In this document: positions 21,503 through 29,834 of the stretch, piece after piece
Position numbering within the stretch: position 1 is the first letter of the stretch
Layout: each line of letters starts with the position of its first letter
NCBI GenBank assembly: GCA_963674945.2
Contig: CAXXWQ010000003.1
Coordinates: forward strand, 2,048,001 to 2,112,000
Length of the DNA stretch: 64,000 bases
DNA from: an uncultured Desulfosarcina sp.
GTDB taxonomy: Bacteria; Desulfobacterota; Desulfobacteria; Desulfobacterales; Desulfosarcinaceae
Direction of reading: 5' to 3'
Notes under the pieces: model-generated
Told to the model about the DNA's origin: nothing
Databases searched by the model: none
Seen by the model: the letters and a program-made list of their open reading frames with translations, nothing else
Made by a program: the position numbers and the translations under genes

Positions 21503-22417
21503 TCATTCCATGAGGCCCATCAAAAAGGTTCGCAAATTGGTAGCGGTGTTGTTCAAATTGAATTTTCGACGCAGGTTTCGCCGATGGAAGTTGACCGTGG
21601 TGATGGAAAGGTTCAAATGGGCGGCAATCTCCTTGGTGCTTCTTCCTTCCCGGATCAAAGCGGCCACTTCAATCTCCTGGGGGGTGAGTATGGTCTTCAT
21701 GTTGGACAGACGTCTGAAGAAAGGAGCGGTCAATTTCAAAATTCGCTGGTCCAAACTGGCGATCAAGGCGTTTGCCTGTTTCGGCAAATTCAAGCCGGCC
21801 AGACGATGCAGTACGGGACGGATAAAGCGATGGACATTGTCGAGTACGTCGGCTTCCAAGTCCCGCTGGTTGGCTTGGTTTTGTTTCAACAGGACCTTTA
21901 GTGCCGTATTGGCCTCTTCCAGTTTTCTTTTCTCTGAAAGTAACGCATCCTTGCTCTTTAAAAGACGGTTTTCCGCTTCCCGCAGTGCCGTGATATTTTC
22001 ATGACTCACGACGATGCGTTGGGGCACGGACCCGGCAGCCCGGGTAACGCGCATGTAAAACCAGCGGTTCTTTTCAGGAGAGTGGCACGGATAATCCAGC
22101 ACGAACTCTTCCAGTCGGCCGGCAATGACATCCCTTATTTTGCCCGCCACGTAGGAGCCTTCGTCTTCTTCTTCGGCCGATCCCGTACTTTCGCAGATTT
22201 CGAGGTAGTTCACCTTGGTTGATTGCGGGCGTATCTGCAAATCGTTTTCCCGGGCAAATCGTTTCCACGCCCGATTGGTCGCCAGGATGAACCCGTTTTC
22301 GTCCAGAATGGCCACGTGGGCGGTTAGCGAATCGAGGATCGTTTGCGCCAACGGATTGTCAACTTGGCCTGTCGGATTATTTTGACATTGTCTTTTGGTC
22401 TTTTTTGTTCGATTCAT
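21503..22417 (-). CDS. PAS-domain LuxR-family transcriptional regulator
   Basis: N-terminal PAS domain; C-terminal LTPQEIEVAALIREGRSTKEIA..LNLS..TVNFHRRNLRRK HTH. Confidence 0.88.
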   Translation of the reverse strand: MNRTKKTKRQCQNNPTGQVDNPLAQTILDSLTAHVAILDENGFILATNRAWKRFARENDLQIRPQSTKVNYLEICESTGSAEEEDEGSYVAGKIRDVIAGRLEEFVLDYPCHSPEKNRWFYMRVTRAAGSVPQRIVVSHENITALREAENRLLKSKDALLSEKRKLEEANTALKVLLKQNQANQRDLEADVLDNVHRFIRPVLHRLAGLNLPKQANALIASLDQRILKLTAPFFRRLSNMKTILTPQEIEVAALIREGRSTKEIAAHLNLSITTVNFHRRNLRRKFNLNNTATNLRTFLMGLME

Positions 22418-22751
22418 TGTTGCTGCCGATACGGGCGGTTTTTTCCCATTGTGTCGCTATCATCCATCAACGCAACAGTTTTCGACTGCAACAGTATATG
22501 AAATTTTTAAGACAATTGTAAATACCATCGTCATTGCGCATCAGGGTGGTCGCATGTAGATCTGATACAGGGGCATGGGCTTGTCCTCCTGAACACGGGG
22601 AAGGCACTTTGGTTCACTATATCATCGCTACATGCGATTGCCCTGCATTACGCATTGGTGTCACCGGATTTGGACATAGACGATCCGATTCACTGAAAAC
22701 ACGAATTTCGAAAGTGGCGTGGGGATACGATATGATGTGACCATGGTTTGT

Positions 22752-23141
22752 TTATATGCCGCCGAGCATCTTGTTTTGGTGGCCCATGCTGCGATGAAAT
22801 TGCCCAAATTCATCGATTTTTCCGGCCATCAGGATCCCGCCATATTGTTTGGCGATATTTCGTCCGCCCAGGATGCACTTTTCTCTCAATTTCTCATCGT
22901 TACAGTTGGCGATGGTAAACTTGACTTTTTCTCCGTTGTTGAATGAGGCATACCCATGGCAGCGGTAGTTTCCATCCGGGTTTTGATAAATGATGGAAAT
23001 ATAGTAGATCTCTTTGGTTTTAATGCAGAACGCCTCGGCATCATATACGAAAAATGGGCCTTCTTTTCTACCTGCTTTGGCTCTAAAAGAGATGATATTG
23101 TCCTTTCTACACGTTGTCTCGTTGTCACTCTTGTCTGCCAT
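22752..23141 (-). CDS. Hypothetical protein (129 aa) under its own cobalamin riboswitch
   Basis: RBS ACGGAG before the ATG; lies directly downstream of riboswitch 1 and its terminator. Confidence 0.65.
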   Translation of the reverse strand: MADKSDNETTCRKDNIISFRAKAGRKEGPFFVYDAEAFCIKTKEIYYISIIYQNPDGNYRCHGYASFNNGEKVKFTIANCNDEKLREKCILGGRNIAKQYGGILMAGKIDEFGQFHRSMGHQNKMLGGI

Positions 23142-23210
23142 ATAACTTCTCCGTTACATTTTGATTGTACATTTTGTTCTTTCCTGAAACCACTTTGGCA
23201 CGGAAGAATA

Positions 23211-23240
23211 AAAAAACCCCAATCCTTTTGAAGGGTTGGG
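23211..23240 (-). terminator. Terminator of riboswitch 1 expression platform
   Basis: Minus strand CCCCAACCCTT-CAA-AAGGATTGGGG-TTTTTT. Confidence 0.75.
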
Positions 23241-23320
23241 GATGCCGTTTTTCATCCATTATTTTCATGTGGGCGAAAACGCTTCGTTTCCACGAGAAAC
23301 TATTTTTCGCAAACAATCTG

Positions 23321-23494
23321 TTTCAGCAGGTCTTCTGACTTCCGGATCGTTCTACCGGCTGCGCCTTCCCGGCAGTTCGGCCAGTGGCATTTTGCAGCTT
23401 TCGTCCCCAGTCACAGCGGCGGGCCCGTCCCCGAGTTTCACGGAGTTCCCTGTAATGCACGATTGCGTTTTAAAAGCATTCGCGCTTTCTGAAA
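23321..23494 (-). ncRNA. Cobalamin riboswitch 1
   Basis: AGGGAACTCCGTGAAACTCGGGGACGGGCCCGCCGCTGTGA...GCCACTG...GGGAAGG...AAGTCAGAAGACCTGC (B12-box). Confidence 0.93.
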
Positions 23495-23504
23495 AGCGTT
23501 TTAT

Positions 23505-23532
23505 ATTTTAATATAAGTTTGCAAAAAGTCAA
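23505..23532 (-). promoter_or_regulatory. sigma70-like promoter for riboswitch 1 leader
   Basis: TTGACT-N16-TAAAAT ending about 10 nt before the aptamer P1. Confidence 0.6.
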
Positions 23533-23585
23533 GCAAAAAAAAATAGTTATGTCCATATAGAAAATTAAAAATCGTTGGGAACGGG

Positions 23586-24491
23586 CTAATGATCGAACGC
23601 AGAAAGGGAGGCAATAAAGAAAATGATACCAAAAAAAGAGATAGCGGCACCCGAAAATAGGCCTAGCCATTTCTCGACGGTTTGGTTTTGATTGATAAGA
23701 GGAATTTGTAAGATTCCCCCCTTGCCGAAGATCACGGTGACGACAACCAAACAAATCGTTGTTCCCATCCCCAAGACGACACAAATGGATGTACACAGTC
23801 CGAGAATCATTGCATCCATTGATAAGCAAAACAGCATGACCATGACGACGGCAGGGCAAGGCACCAAACCGACGGCAGCCGCCCACGGAAGGAGGCTACC
23901 GACTGTTTTCATTGGGGATGGATTCTCAATTCTTGAAGCCGATTTTATAAATAATGAATAACAATGTTTAAAAAAGATTCCCAGGCCCAAAATGGAGATC
24001 AATCCGAAACTGACGGCCTGTGTAACCGTTGTAATCGATGTCAGGGTGTCATTGAAGCCTCTTTCGATGAAATACCGTAGACCGATAACGCCCACAATGC
24101 CGGAAGAACCGTGGATAAGAGCGATAAGCAGTCCGAAGAGGACGCCACCGATTGGTGATGGTTTATGGGAAAGGACATAAGACGCGGCAACGGCCTTGCC
24201 GTGTCCGGGGCCGGCCGCATGAATGGCGCCGTATCCGAATGCCACCCCCATGAGAAGAAGCAGTGGCCGAACATCACCATCATTTCGTATATCCTGGATC
24301 AAGTCCGACATTTTTTGCTTGAGTCGGTACTGCCACACTACGGTTTTTGCGATAAATGTACTCTTGACAACAGGCTCCGGAGCAGGTTTGCGGGCTTCGG
24401 TTTTGGAGGTAAATGGATTTTGTGAAAATGTTATACCTGTCCAGACAAACAAAGCCAAAAATACAACTGCAAGTGAAAGAATATTTTTCAT
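23586..24491 (-). CDS. Nickel/cobalt transporter (NiCoT/RcnA-like family)
   Basis: YGAIHAAGPGHGKAV and GLVPCP motifs; multiple TM helices. Confidence 0.85.
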   Translation of the reverse strand: MKNILSLAVVFLALFVWTGITFSQNPFTSKTEARKPAPEPVVKSTFIAKTVVWQYRLKQKMSDLIQDIRNDGDVRPLLLLMGVAFGYGAIHAAGPGHGKAVAASYVLSHKPSPIGGVLFGLLIALIHGSSGIVGVIGLRYFIERGFNDTLTSITTVTQAVSFGLISILGLGIFFKHCYSLFIKSASRIENPSPMKTVGSLLPWAAAVGLVPCPAVVMVMLFCLSMDAMILGLCTSICVVLGMGTTICLVVVTVIFGKGGILQIPLINQNQTVEKWLGLFSGAAISFFGIIFFIASLSAFDH

Positions 24492-25165
24492 CTCTTTTTA
24501 CGAAACTCCAGAAAGAGCGTCCATGGATGGATCATGTCAAAATAGATCTTCGTGTCCGGATTTTCTCGGATCGCCGTCTTCAATTCGAAAGGATCTTCCA
24601 AGATGAGCTTGACCGGTGATTTGTCGGCAAAGAAGATGGCCGTGTAATAGGTGGGGTCGTAACTTCCCACACTGACTTTTTTAAATTGATTCGTTGCCGT
24701 CACATGGCAGGGGATGAAGAATTCATACGTCAGTCGTCGGTCTTTCAAATCAGCGTTGAAATCCGTTATGAATTTCACCGGAAAAGATGTGCCGTCGATC
24801 GTAATATAGGTAAAATAATTGAACTCTGAAATAAAGCTGAACGCATTCTCTTTGACCGCCAGCACCTCTTTTTCTTCCAATCGACCATTTTTGTTCAGAT
24901 CGTGGTCCTGGGTGATCATGCTTGCAAACATGTCGTCCATAATCCAAATGACTTTTATGCCGGCGAGCCCTTTTTCGTCAAAAACGATGTTGAGTCGCTG
25001 CACGATGAACATATGGGGATGGGAGAGCGCCGTAACGGGGAAAATGACGGTTTGCCATAAGATAAGGCACGTTGAGATGATTAGAAAAAATGGAGCGATT
25101 CTCTTCATGCAAGTTCTCTTCATGCAATAGGATTGAATTGCCACGATAACTATAGCTCTGGCCAA
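24488..25165 (-). CDS. DUF1007-family exported protein (start probably 25108-25123)
   Basis: Signal peptide followed by HPHMFI, W.MDDMFA and YDPTYY motifs; typical partner of NiCoT. Confidence 0.8.
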   Translation of the reverse strand: MARAIVIVAIQSYCMKRTCMKRIAPFFLIISTCLILWQTVIFPVTALSHPHMFIVQRLNIVFDEKGLAGIKVIWIMDDMFASMITQDHDLNKNGRLEEKEVLAVKENAFSFISEFNYFTYITIDGTSFPVKFITDFNADLKDRRLTYEFFIPCHVTATNQFKKVSVGSYDPTYYTAIFFADKSPVKLILEDPFELKTAIRENPDTKIYFDMIHPWTLFLEFRKKR

Positions 25166-25376
25166 ATGAATTGATGCAATTTTTCATACTCTTGCTCTAT
25201 TCTTTCGATCAAAGGATTTAGAGCACGAGCAAGAATACGTATCAAGCCATTTGACCGGTACTATAATCGACGATAATGAAAATTATAGCAGAGAATATGA
25301 TATGGATCAAAAAAAACATGTTGTGTGGGGCATCATCAATGCGTTTCAAAAATTCAATCTCAGTGCCTTACGCGCT

Positions 25377-26381
25377 TCACCCTTCACATCCTTTGATCGT
25401 CCGGTACAACATACATACCAGCGTCGCATCCATCAGTCGGTTGTAGTGCAACCGGCTGGGACAATCCCCCGGACAAGACCGGGCCAGGTCGCAATCTGAA
25501 CAGGGTGCTGCCGGAGGGAGCGTTTCCCAAAGGCATCTGAGGCGATGGTATTTTGGATTCTCTACGGTGCCGGCGAAAAATTCCGGATCCCCCATGGTCT
25601 GCCCGCAAGGAAAAAGACGTCCACGGGGATCCACGGCCAGGCTCTGACCCAGACAGGCGTGGCAAAAGACCTGTTGTCGTGCCTCGGTACCCGTGACCAG
25701 ATCCCGTTCACGAAATCGAATGGGAATGCCGCGCCGTTTGTTGATGGATTTCAAGACGAACACCATCCGGCGAACGCCACGTTCCAGGGAAACCGGATCC
25801 GCCGGACCGACTGCGTTGCCTTCGGCGGCACGGCCCTTATGAATCAACAGGTCCAGCCCCACACCACGTGCACATGAAAAGGCAGCCAGGGTCAATATCA
25901 GTTGGTCCAGGAATAGAACATTGGTTTTTGTAACTACGGTCGTTACCCGAAAGGGAATACCTGCATCCTCAAGCATCCGCAGTCCACGAAACGTCTCGGC
26001 GGCCATGCCCCGCTGCTTCTGATGGATCTCGGGGGAGCCGTCCAGGCTTACGCCGACCTGGAAACCATACCTTTTGAACAACGCCATCACGTCCGTTGTG
26101 AGTACGGTTCCGTTGGTCTGGATGCCCATGGAGCGGCAAAGGCCGGTTTCACTGGCCAATATCGCCGCTTTTTCTATGGATGCCGGTACCAGCGTTGGCT
26201 CTCCGCCTGTCAGTTGCAGATGAAAAGGGTGACCATCTTCTGCCGCTATCCCGATGGCCTGCCGAATCATCGGTCCCGGCATATCCACGACTGCGTCTGT
26301 CCGGCCGTTATAGCAATAGGTACAACTGAGGTTACAGCGGTTGGTCAGAGCGAGTATGAGGTAGCGAATGGATGGTTTCAT
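25377..26381 (-). CDS. Radical SAM enzyme with SPASM domain
   Basis: CNLSCTYC, LTGGEP, QTNG and VSLDG motifs; C-terminal CHAC...FPCG...CSDC....SCPGDC. Confidence 0.9.
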   Translation of the reverse strand: MKPSIRYLILALTNRCNLSCTYCYNGRTDAVVDMPGPMIRQAIGIAAEDGHPFHLQLTGGEPTLVPASIEKAAILASETGLCRSMGIQTNGTVLTTDVMALFKRYGFQVGVSLDGSPEIHQKQRGMAAETFRGLRMLEDAGIPFRVTTVVTKTNVLFLDQLILTLAAFSCARGVGLDLLIHKGRAAEGNAVGPADPVSLERGVRRMVFVLKSINKRRGIPIRFRERDLVTGTEARQQVFCHACLGQSLAVDPRGRLFPCGQTMGDPEFFAGTVENPKYHRLRCLWETLPPAAPCSDCDLARSCPGDCPSRLHYNRLMDATLVCMLYRTIKGCEG

Positions 26382-26401
26382 CTATCTTTTAACTTCATGG
26401 A

Positions 26402-26575
26402 TCAATTCAGATTTACGCCGAACACCTCGGACGGAAATAATCCTTCTGCCATGACCAGGGCGGTCAAATTCTTTTTTACCCATCGTCGCAGACATCGGAT
26501 CAGCGCCGGATCGCTAAAATGGATGACTTCTCCCAAACAATCCAGATCGTTTTGGATCCACCAGTAGAGATGCAT
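26402..26575 (-). CDS. Small ORF (57 aa) or gene remnant immediately upstream of the radical SAM gene
   Basis: RBS AGGAG-N5-ATG (MHLYWWIQNDLDC...); stop lies 20 nt before the rSAM start. Confidence 0.45.
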   Translation of the reverse strand: MHLYWWIQNDLDCLGEVIHFSDPALIRCLRRWVKKNLTALVMAEGLFPSEVFGVNLN

Positions 26576-26719
26576 ATTTTCTCCTAAAATTCGATGCATT
26601 TTTGCGCCCGAATGCCGGACTTCATAACTTCTTTTTGTGTGTTGAAAAGAGTTTTAAGTGTAAAGTGTTACAGAAAAGATGAGAAATTATAAAAAGGCAT
26701 AATACAATAACTTAACACT

Positions 26720-27184
26720 TCACAGGTCTCCACCCTTGGTAACGATTTCGTCCACCGTGCTCCAGCGGAACTCGGCCACGGCCTTTCTTTCCATGATGGT
26801 TTCCAAAATTTTTGTACCCGAGGCCGGTGCATCCCCCACGTCGTAACCGGCATCGGCAAGGTGTCGTAGAAGGAGGGCATGCCCGGCAGCCCCCCCCGGG
26901 GGATCTTCCCGCCACTGGTCGGGCGTCTGGCCGTGGGCGCGCAGAAGCTGGATGATGGGAACATCCAGTTTCTGGAGCAGATCAATCTGGTCGGTTTGCC
27001 TGAGCAGGCGGCCGGCCATGAAGCTGAGCAGCATATCGATCTCGCCTTGAGAATCAGCCAGAACTTCTGCGGCGCCCATCTGATCGGAAAGAAGCAGTTC
27101 GATGCCGTTACCGGCCAGGCGATGGGCCAAACGACTCCAGGTTCGGTGGTGGAACATGAGGCTGTGGATGTAAAGAATACGCAT
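26720..27184 (-). pseudogene. Internally deleted cobN-like chelatase relic
   Basis: Joined CobN-like segments LLQKLDVPIIQLL...QWREDP and LLRHLADAGYDV...ILETIMERKAVAEFRW in 154 aa, versus about 1250 aa for intact CobN. Confidence 0.7.
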
Positions 27185-27313
27185 GGAATCCTCGTGTTAT
27201 CGGCATTTGCCCCAAATATCATCGGTTTGGGGCAAATGCCGTCCTACTTTTTTTTTACAAGCCGTTCAAATCAATGTCTTTCCAGAAATAGGTCATTTCT
27301 GGATGGGCACTCG

Positions 27314-29356
27314 TTAGAAGTTATAGGTCACGCCTACCCGATAGCTGCGTTCGGCCATCAGGTAACCGCGCGCCCATTCCACGCGGTCGTCGAACAGGTT
27401 GAGAACACTGCCCCGCACCTCCCAATGGTCCATGAACCGATAGCGCATGGTCAGGTCCCAAAACTCGAAGCTGAGCTTCTTCTCCACAACGGTGGGGGAA
27501 ACATCCCAGTTTTCGACCATTTGCGGCCCGACGCGCACATAGCTCAGTTGGGAGGAAAAGCCCGCATAGCCGAAATTGAGCCCACTTTTTACCTCGTAGT
27601 TGGAGACATACAAGAGATCTTCTCCGGTCTCCTTATCCTCTTTGGTCGTGTTAAATGTGGTATTGGCGTAGAGGGACAGGCTGTAGTTCCAATCGAACAT
27701 CCGATCGATCCACCATTCCAGGTTGATGTCGAAACCAGCCAACTCGGCATCTCCCATATTGTCATATGTTTGGGCGTTTTCACCATCGATTTCCGTGTAT
27801 ACCCTGACAATCTTATCTTCGTAGTCGGTATGAAAGTAGCCGGTCTGAAGGGTGAAGAAATCGTGGAACACGTCCAGACCGACGTCATAGGTCAGGTTGG
27901 TCTCGGGTTCCAGGTCCGGGTTGCCCACAATACGGGTGTCATATTTATTCACATAGTCTGCGGAGAGTTGATCGGCCGAAGGCGATTTGAATCCTTCGCC
28001 TACGTTGGCCCTAAACCGCAGCAGTTCATCCATGAATTTGACACCGATGCCCAGCTTCGGCGATACATGGTCATAGGTCTCACTTTTTTCGTTGAAGACG
28101 GGGAGGTATCCTGTCTTGGGCCGTAAGGTCGTGACATCGAACCGGTCATAGCGGACGGCGGCGATGATGTTGATGCGATTGTCCCACAAATCCAGAGAGT
28201 CCTGCACGAACAGGGCGGTCGTATCGTACTCCATGCCGGGTGTATACGGTACTGTGGGTTCGCCGTCGGAAACGCCCTCTGCCTCTTTTTCCAACCATTC
28301 CAGCGTGAAGCCGGCGAGCAGTTTGTTCCAGGGAACCATGTCCCACACGAACTGATGGTCGGTTCCAAATGTCTCATCGGTGTATTTGGTTTGATCCAGT
28401 TCGGCCACGGGATCGCCGGTGTTCCAGTGGTTGATGTCGTGCAAGAAGTAGGCGAGACCACGCCAATGCACCTGGCCGTCGAAATAGTCGCCGTTGTACT
28501 CCAGGTCTGCGTATCCGTGGCTCTTGTCGTTGTGCTGGCAAGCATCTTCCCGATAGGCAGTGTACGCGTCATCTTCCCAATCGGGCGATTCGCTGGTCAG
28601 GTCGGCATAGTTGCCGCCCAATCGCAGTTCATGAAGATCGTTGATGGCAAACACCAGGTTGCCGCCGAAGTTTGTCTTCGTGACGCCGCTGTTGTAAACG
28701 GTACCGAAGATCGGATCGTCATAGTCGTCCATGTCCTCGTAAGAAGTTGCCGCAAAGAAGCGGAATCGTTCGTTGACCTCACCGCCGCCGGACAGCAGGC
28801 CTTTGTAGTAATCAAAACTGCCCACGTCGCCGCCGATGGAAGCGGTGAGCGGGCCGTCGCCTTTTTTCGTAATCATATTGATCACACCGCCAAGAGCAGC
28901 CGATCCGTATAGGGCCGATGCCGGTCCTTTGGTGATTTCCACTCGCTCGATGCGGTCCAGATTGATTTTCGCCGCGTTGCCCGTTCCGACACGGTGGCCG
29001 TCCACGAGAATCAAAATAGACCCTTTGATGTCGTCTCCATGGGATTCGGTCCGAAAACCCCGCATCCCAACGGGACTGAGCAACCCATTGTACTTGTGAA
29101 AATGACCGGTGACATATTTCCCGACAAGATCACCGATGTCCAGTGCGCCTGACATCTCGATCATTTTCCGGTCGATCACCTGGGTCGAAACCGGTACATC
29201 GATGGTCCGTTCCTGGGTTCGGGTACCGGTGACCACCAGATCATCCATGGATTGTGTGTCCGTTTTCTCTTCTTGCGCAAATGACGGTGTGCAGAGTGCA
29301 ACCAGCAGGGGCAGGGTCAGGAAAACTCGTTTCAACTCAATTCGATCGCGTTTCAT
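27314..29356 (-). CDS. TonB-dependent outer-membrane receptor (BtuB-like) 1
   Basis: Signal peptide, TonB box DLVVTGTR, plug IERVEITKGPASALYGS, GNPDLEPE, C-terminal YNF. RBS GAGGAG before ATG 29356. Confidence 0.92.
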   Translation of the reverse strand: MKRDRIELKRVFLTLPLLVALCTPSFAQEEKTDTQSMDDLVVTGTRTQERTIDVPVSTQVIDRKMIEMSGALDIGDLVGKYVTGHFHKYNGLLSPVGMRGFRTESHGDDIKGSILILVDGHRVGTGNAAKINLDRIERVEITKGPASALYGSAALGGVINMITKKGDGPLTASIGGDVGSFDYYKGLLSGGGEVNERFRFFAATSYEDMDDYDDPIFGTVYNSGVTKTNFGGNLVFAINDLHELRLGGNYADLTSESPDWEDDAYTAYREDACQHNDKSHGYADLEYNGDYFDGQVHWRGLAYFLHDINHWNTGDPVAELDQTKYTDETFGTDHQFVWDMVPWNKLLAGFTLEWLEKEAEGVSDGEPTVPYTPGMEYDTTALFVQDSLDLWDNRINIIAAVRYDRFDVTTLRPKTGYLPVFNEKSETYDHVSPKLGIGVKFMDELLRFRANVGEGFKSPSADQLSADYVNKYDTRIVGNPDLEPETNLTYDVGLDVFHDFFTLQTGYFHTDYEDKIVRVYTEIDGENAQTYDNMGDAELAGFDINLEWWIDRMFDWNYSLSLYANTTFNTTKEDKETGEDLLYVSNYEVKSGLNFGYAGFSSQLSYVRVGPQMVENWDVSPTVVEKKLSFEFWDLTMRYRFMDHWEVRGSVLNLFDDRVEWARGYLMAERSYRVGVTYNF

Positions 29357-29500
29357 CTTCTCTCTCCTCGTTGTTCTTTGATATGTTTCGTAATCATTGG
29401 ATCGACGAGGAGGAAGCCTTTCGTTGCAAGAGGAGCCATGTGGGCGCCCTTTGGCGATTATGCGTTTGACCGAATCCTCGTCAGTCCATTTCACTCATTT

Positions 29501-29695
29501 TGCAGGCGGCAGGTCTTCTGGCTTCGCCGTTCAATGGACGACCTTCCCATCCCCATTTATCTTTATGGGAACAGTGGTTCTCTTTCAGTCCATCGATTGC
29601 TTTTTCCCATGGGAAATTGCGGCGTTACAGCGTCGGGTACGCTCCCGATTTTCACGGGATTCCCTATTATCGCCCTTATGAGGCGGCCGGCTGCA
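29501..29695 (-). ncRNA. Cobalamin riboswitch 2 (variant)
   Basis: ATAGGGAATCCCGTGAAAATCGGGAGCGTACCCGACGCTGTAAC...CCACTG...GGGAAGG...GAAGCCAGAAGACCTGCC. Confidence 0.9.
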
Positions 29696-29735
29696 CGGGG
29701 GAGTTATTTTGTGGGGTTCACCTCCTTTTCTTTCT

Positions 29736-29794
29736 GATTCTCAGTTCAACGTTCACGGTTTTCAGTTTTTGGTTCTCGGTTCAAGGTTCTCGGT
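29736..29794. repeat. GTTCWCR-family heptamer array
   Basis: GATTCTC-AGTTCAA-CGTTCAC-GGTTTTC-AGTTTTT-GGTTCTC-GGTTCAA-GGTTCTC. Confidence 0.8.
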
Positions 29795-29834
29795 ACTTAA
29801 GTAAAATGGCAGAATTCCGATTAACCTTTAGCAT

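Noticed and set aside
29468..29486. CTGACGAG resembling a hammerhead ribozyme core (also at 47436-47454)
   Set aside because: No stem II closed by GAAA at a suitable distance. Position and loop fit the P13 kissing hairpin of the riboswitch better.
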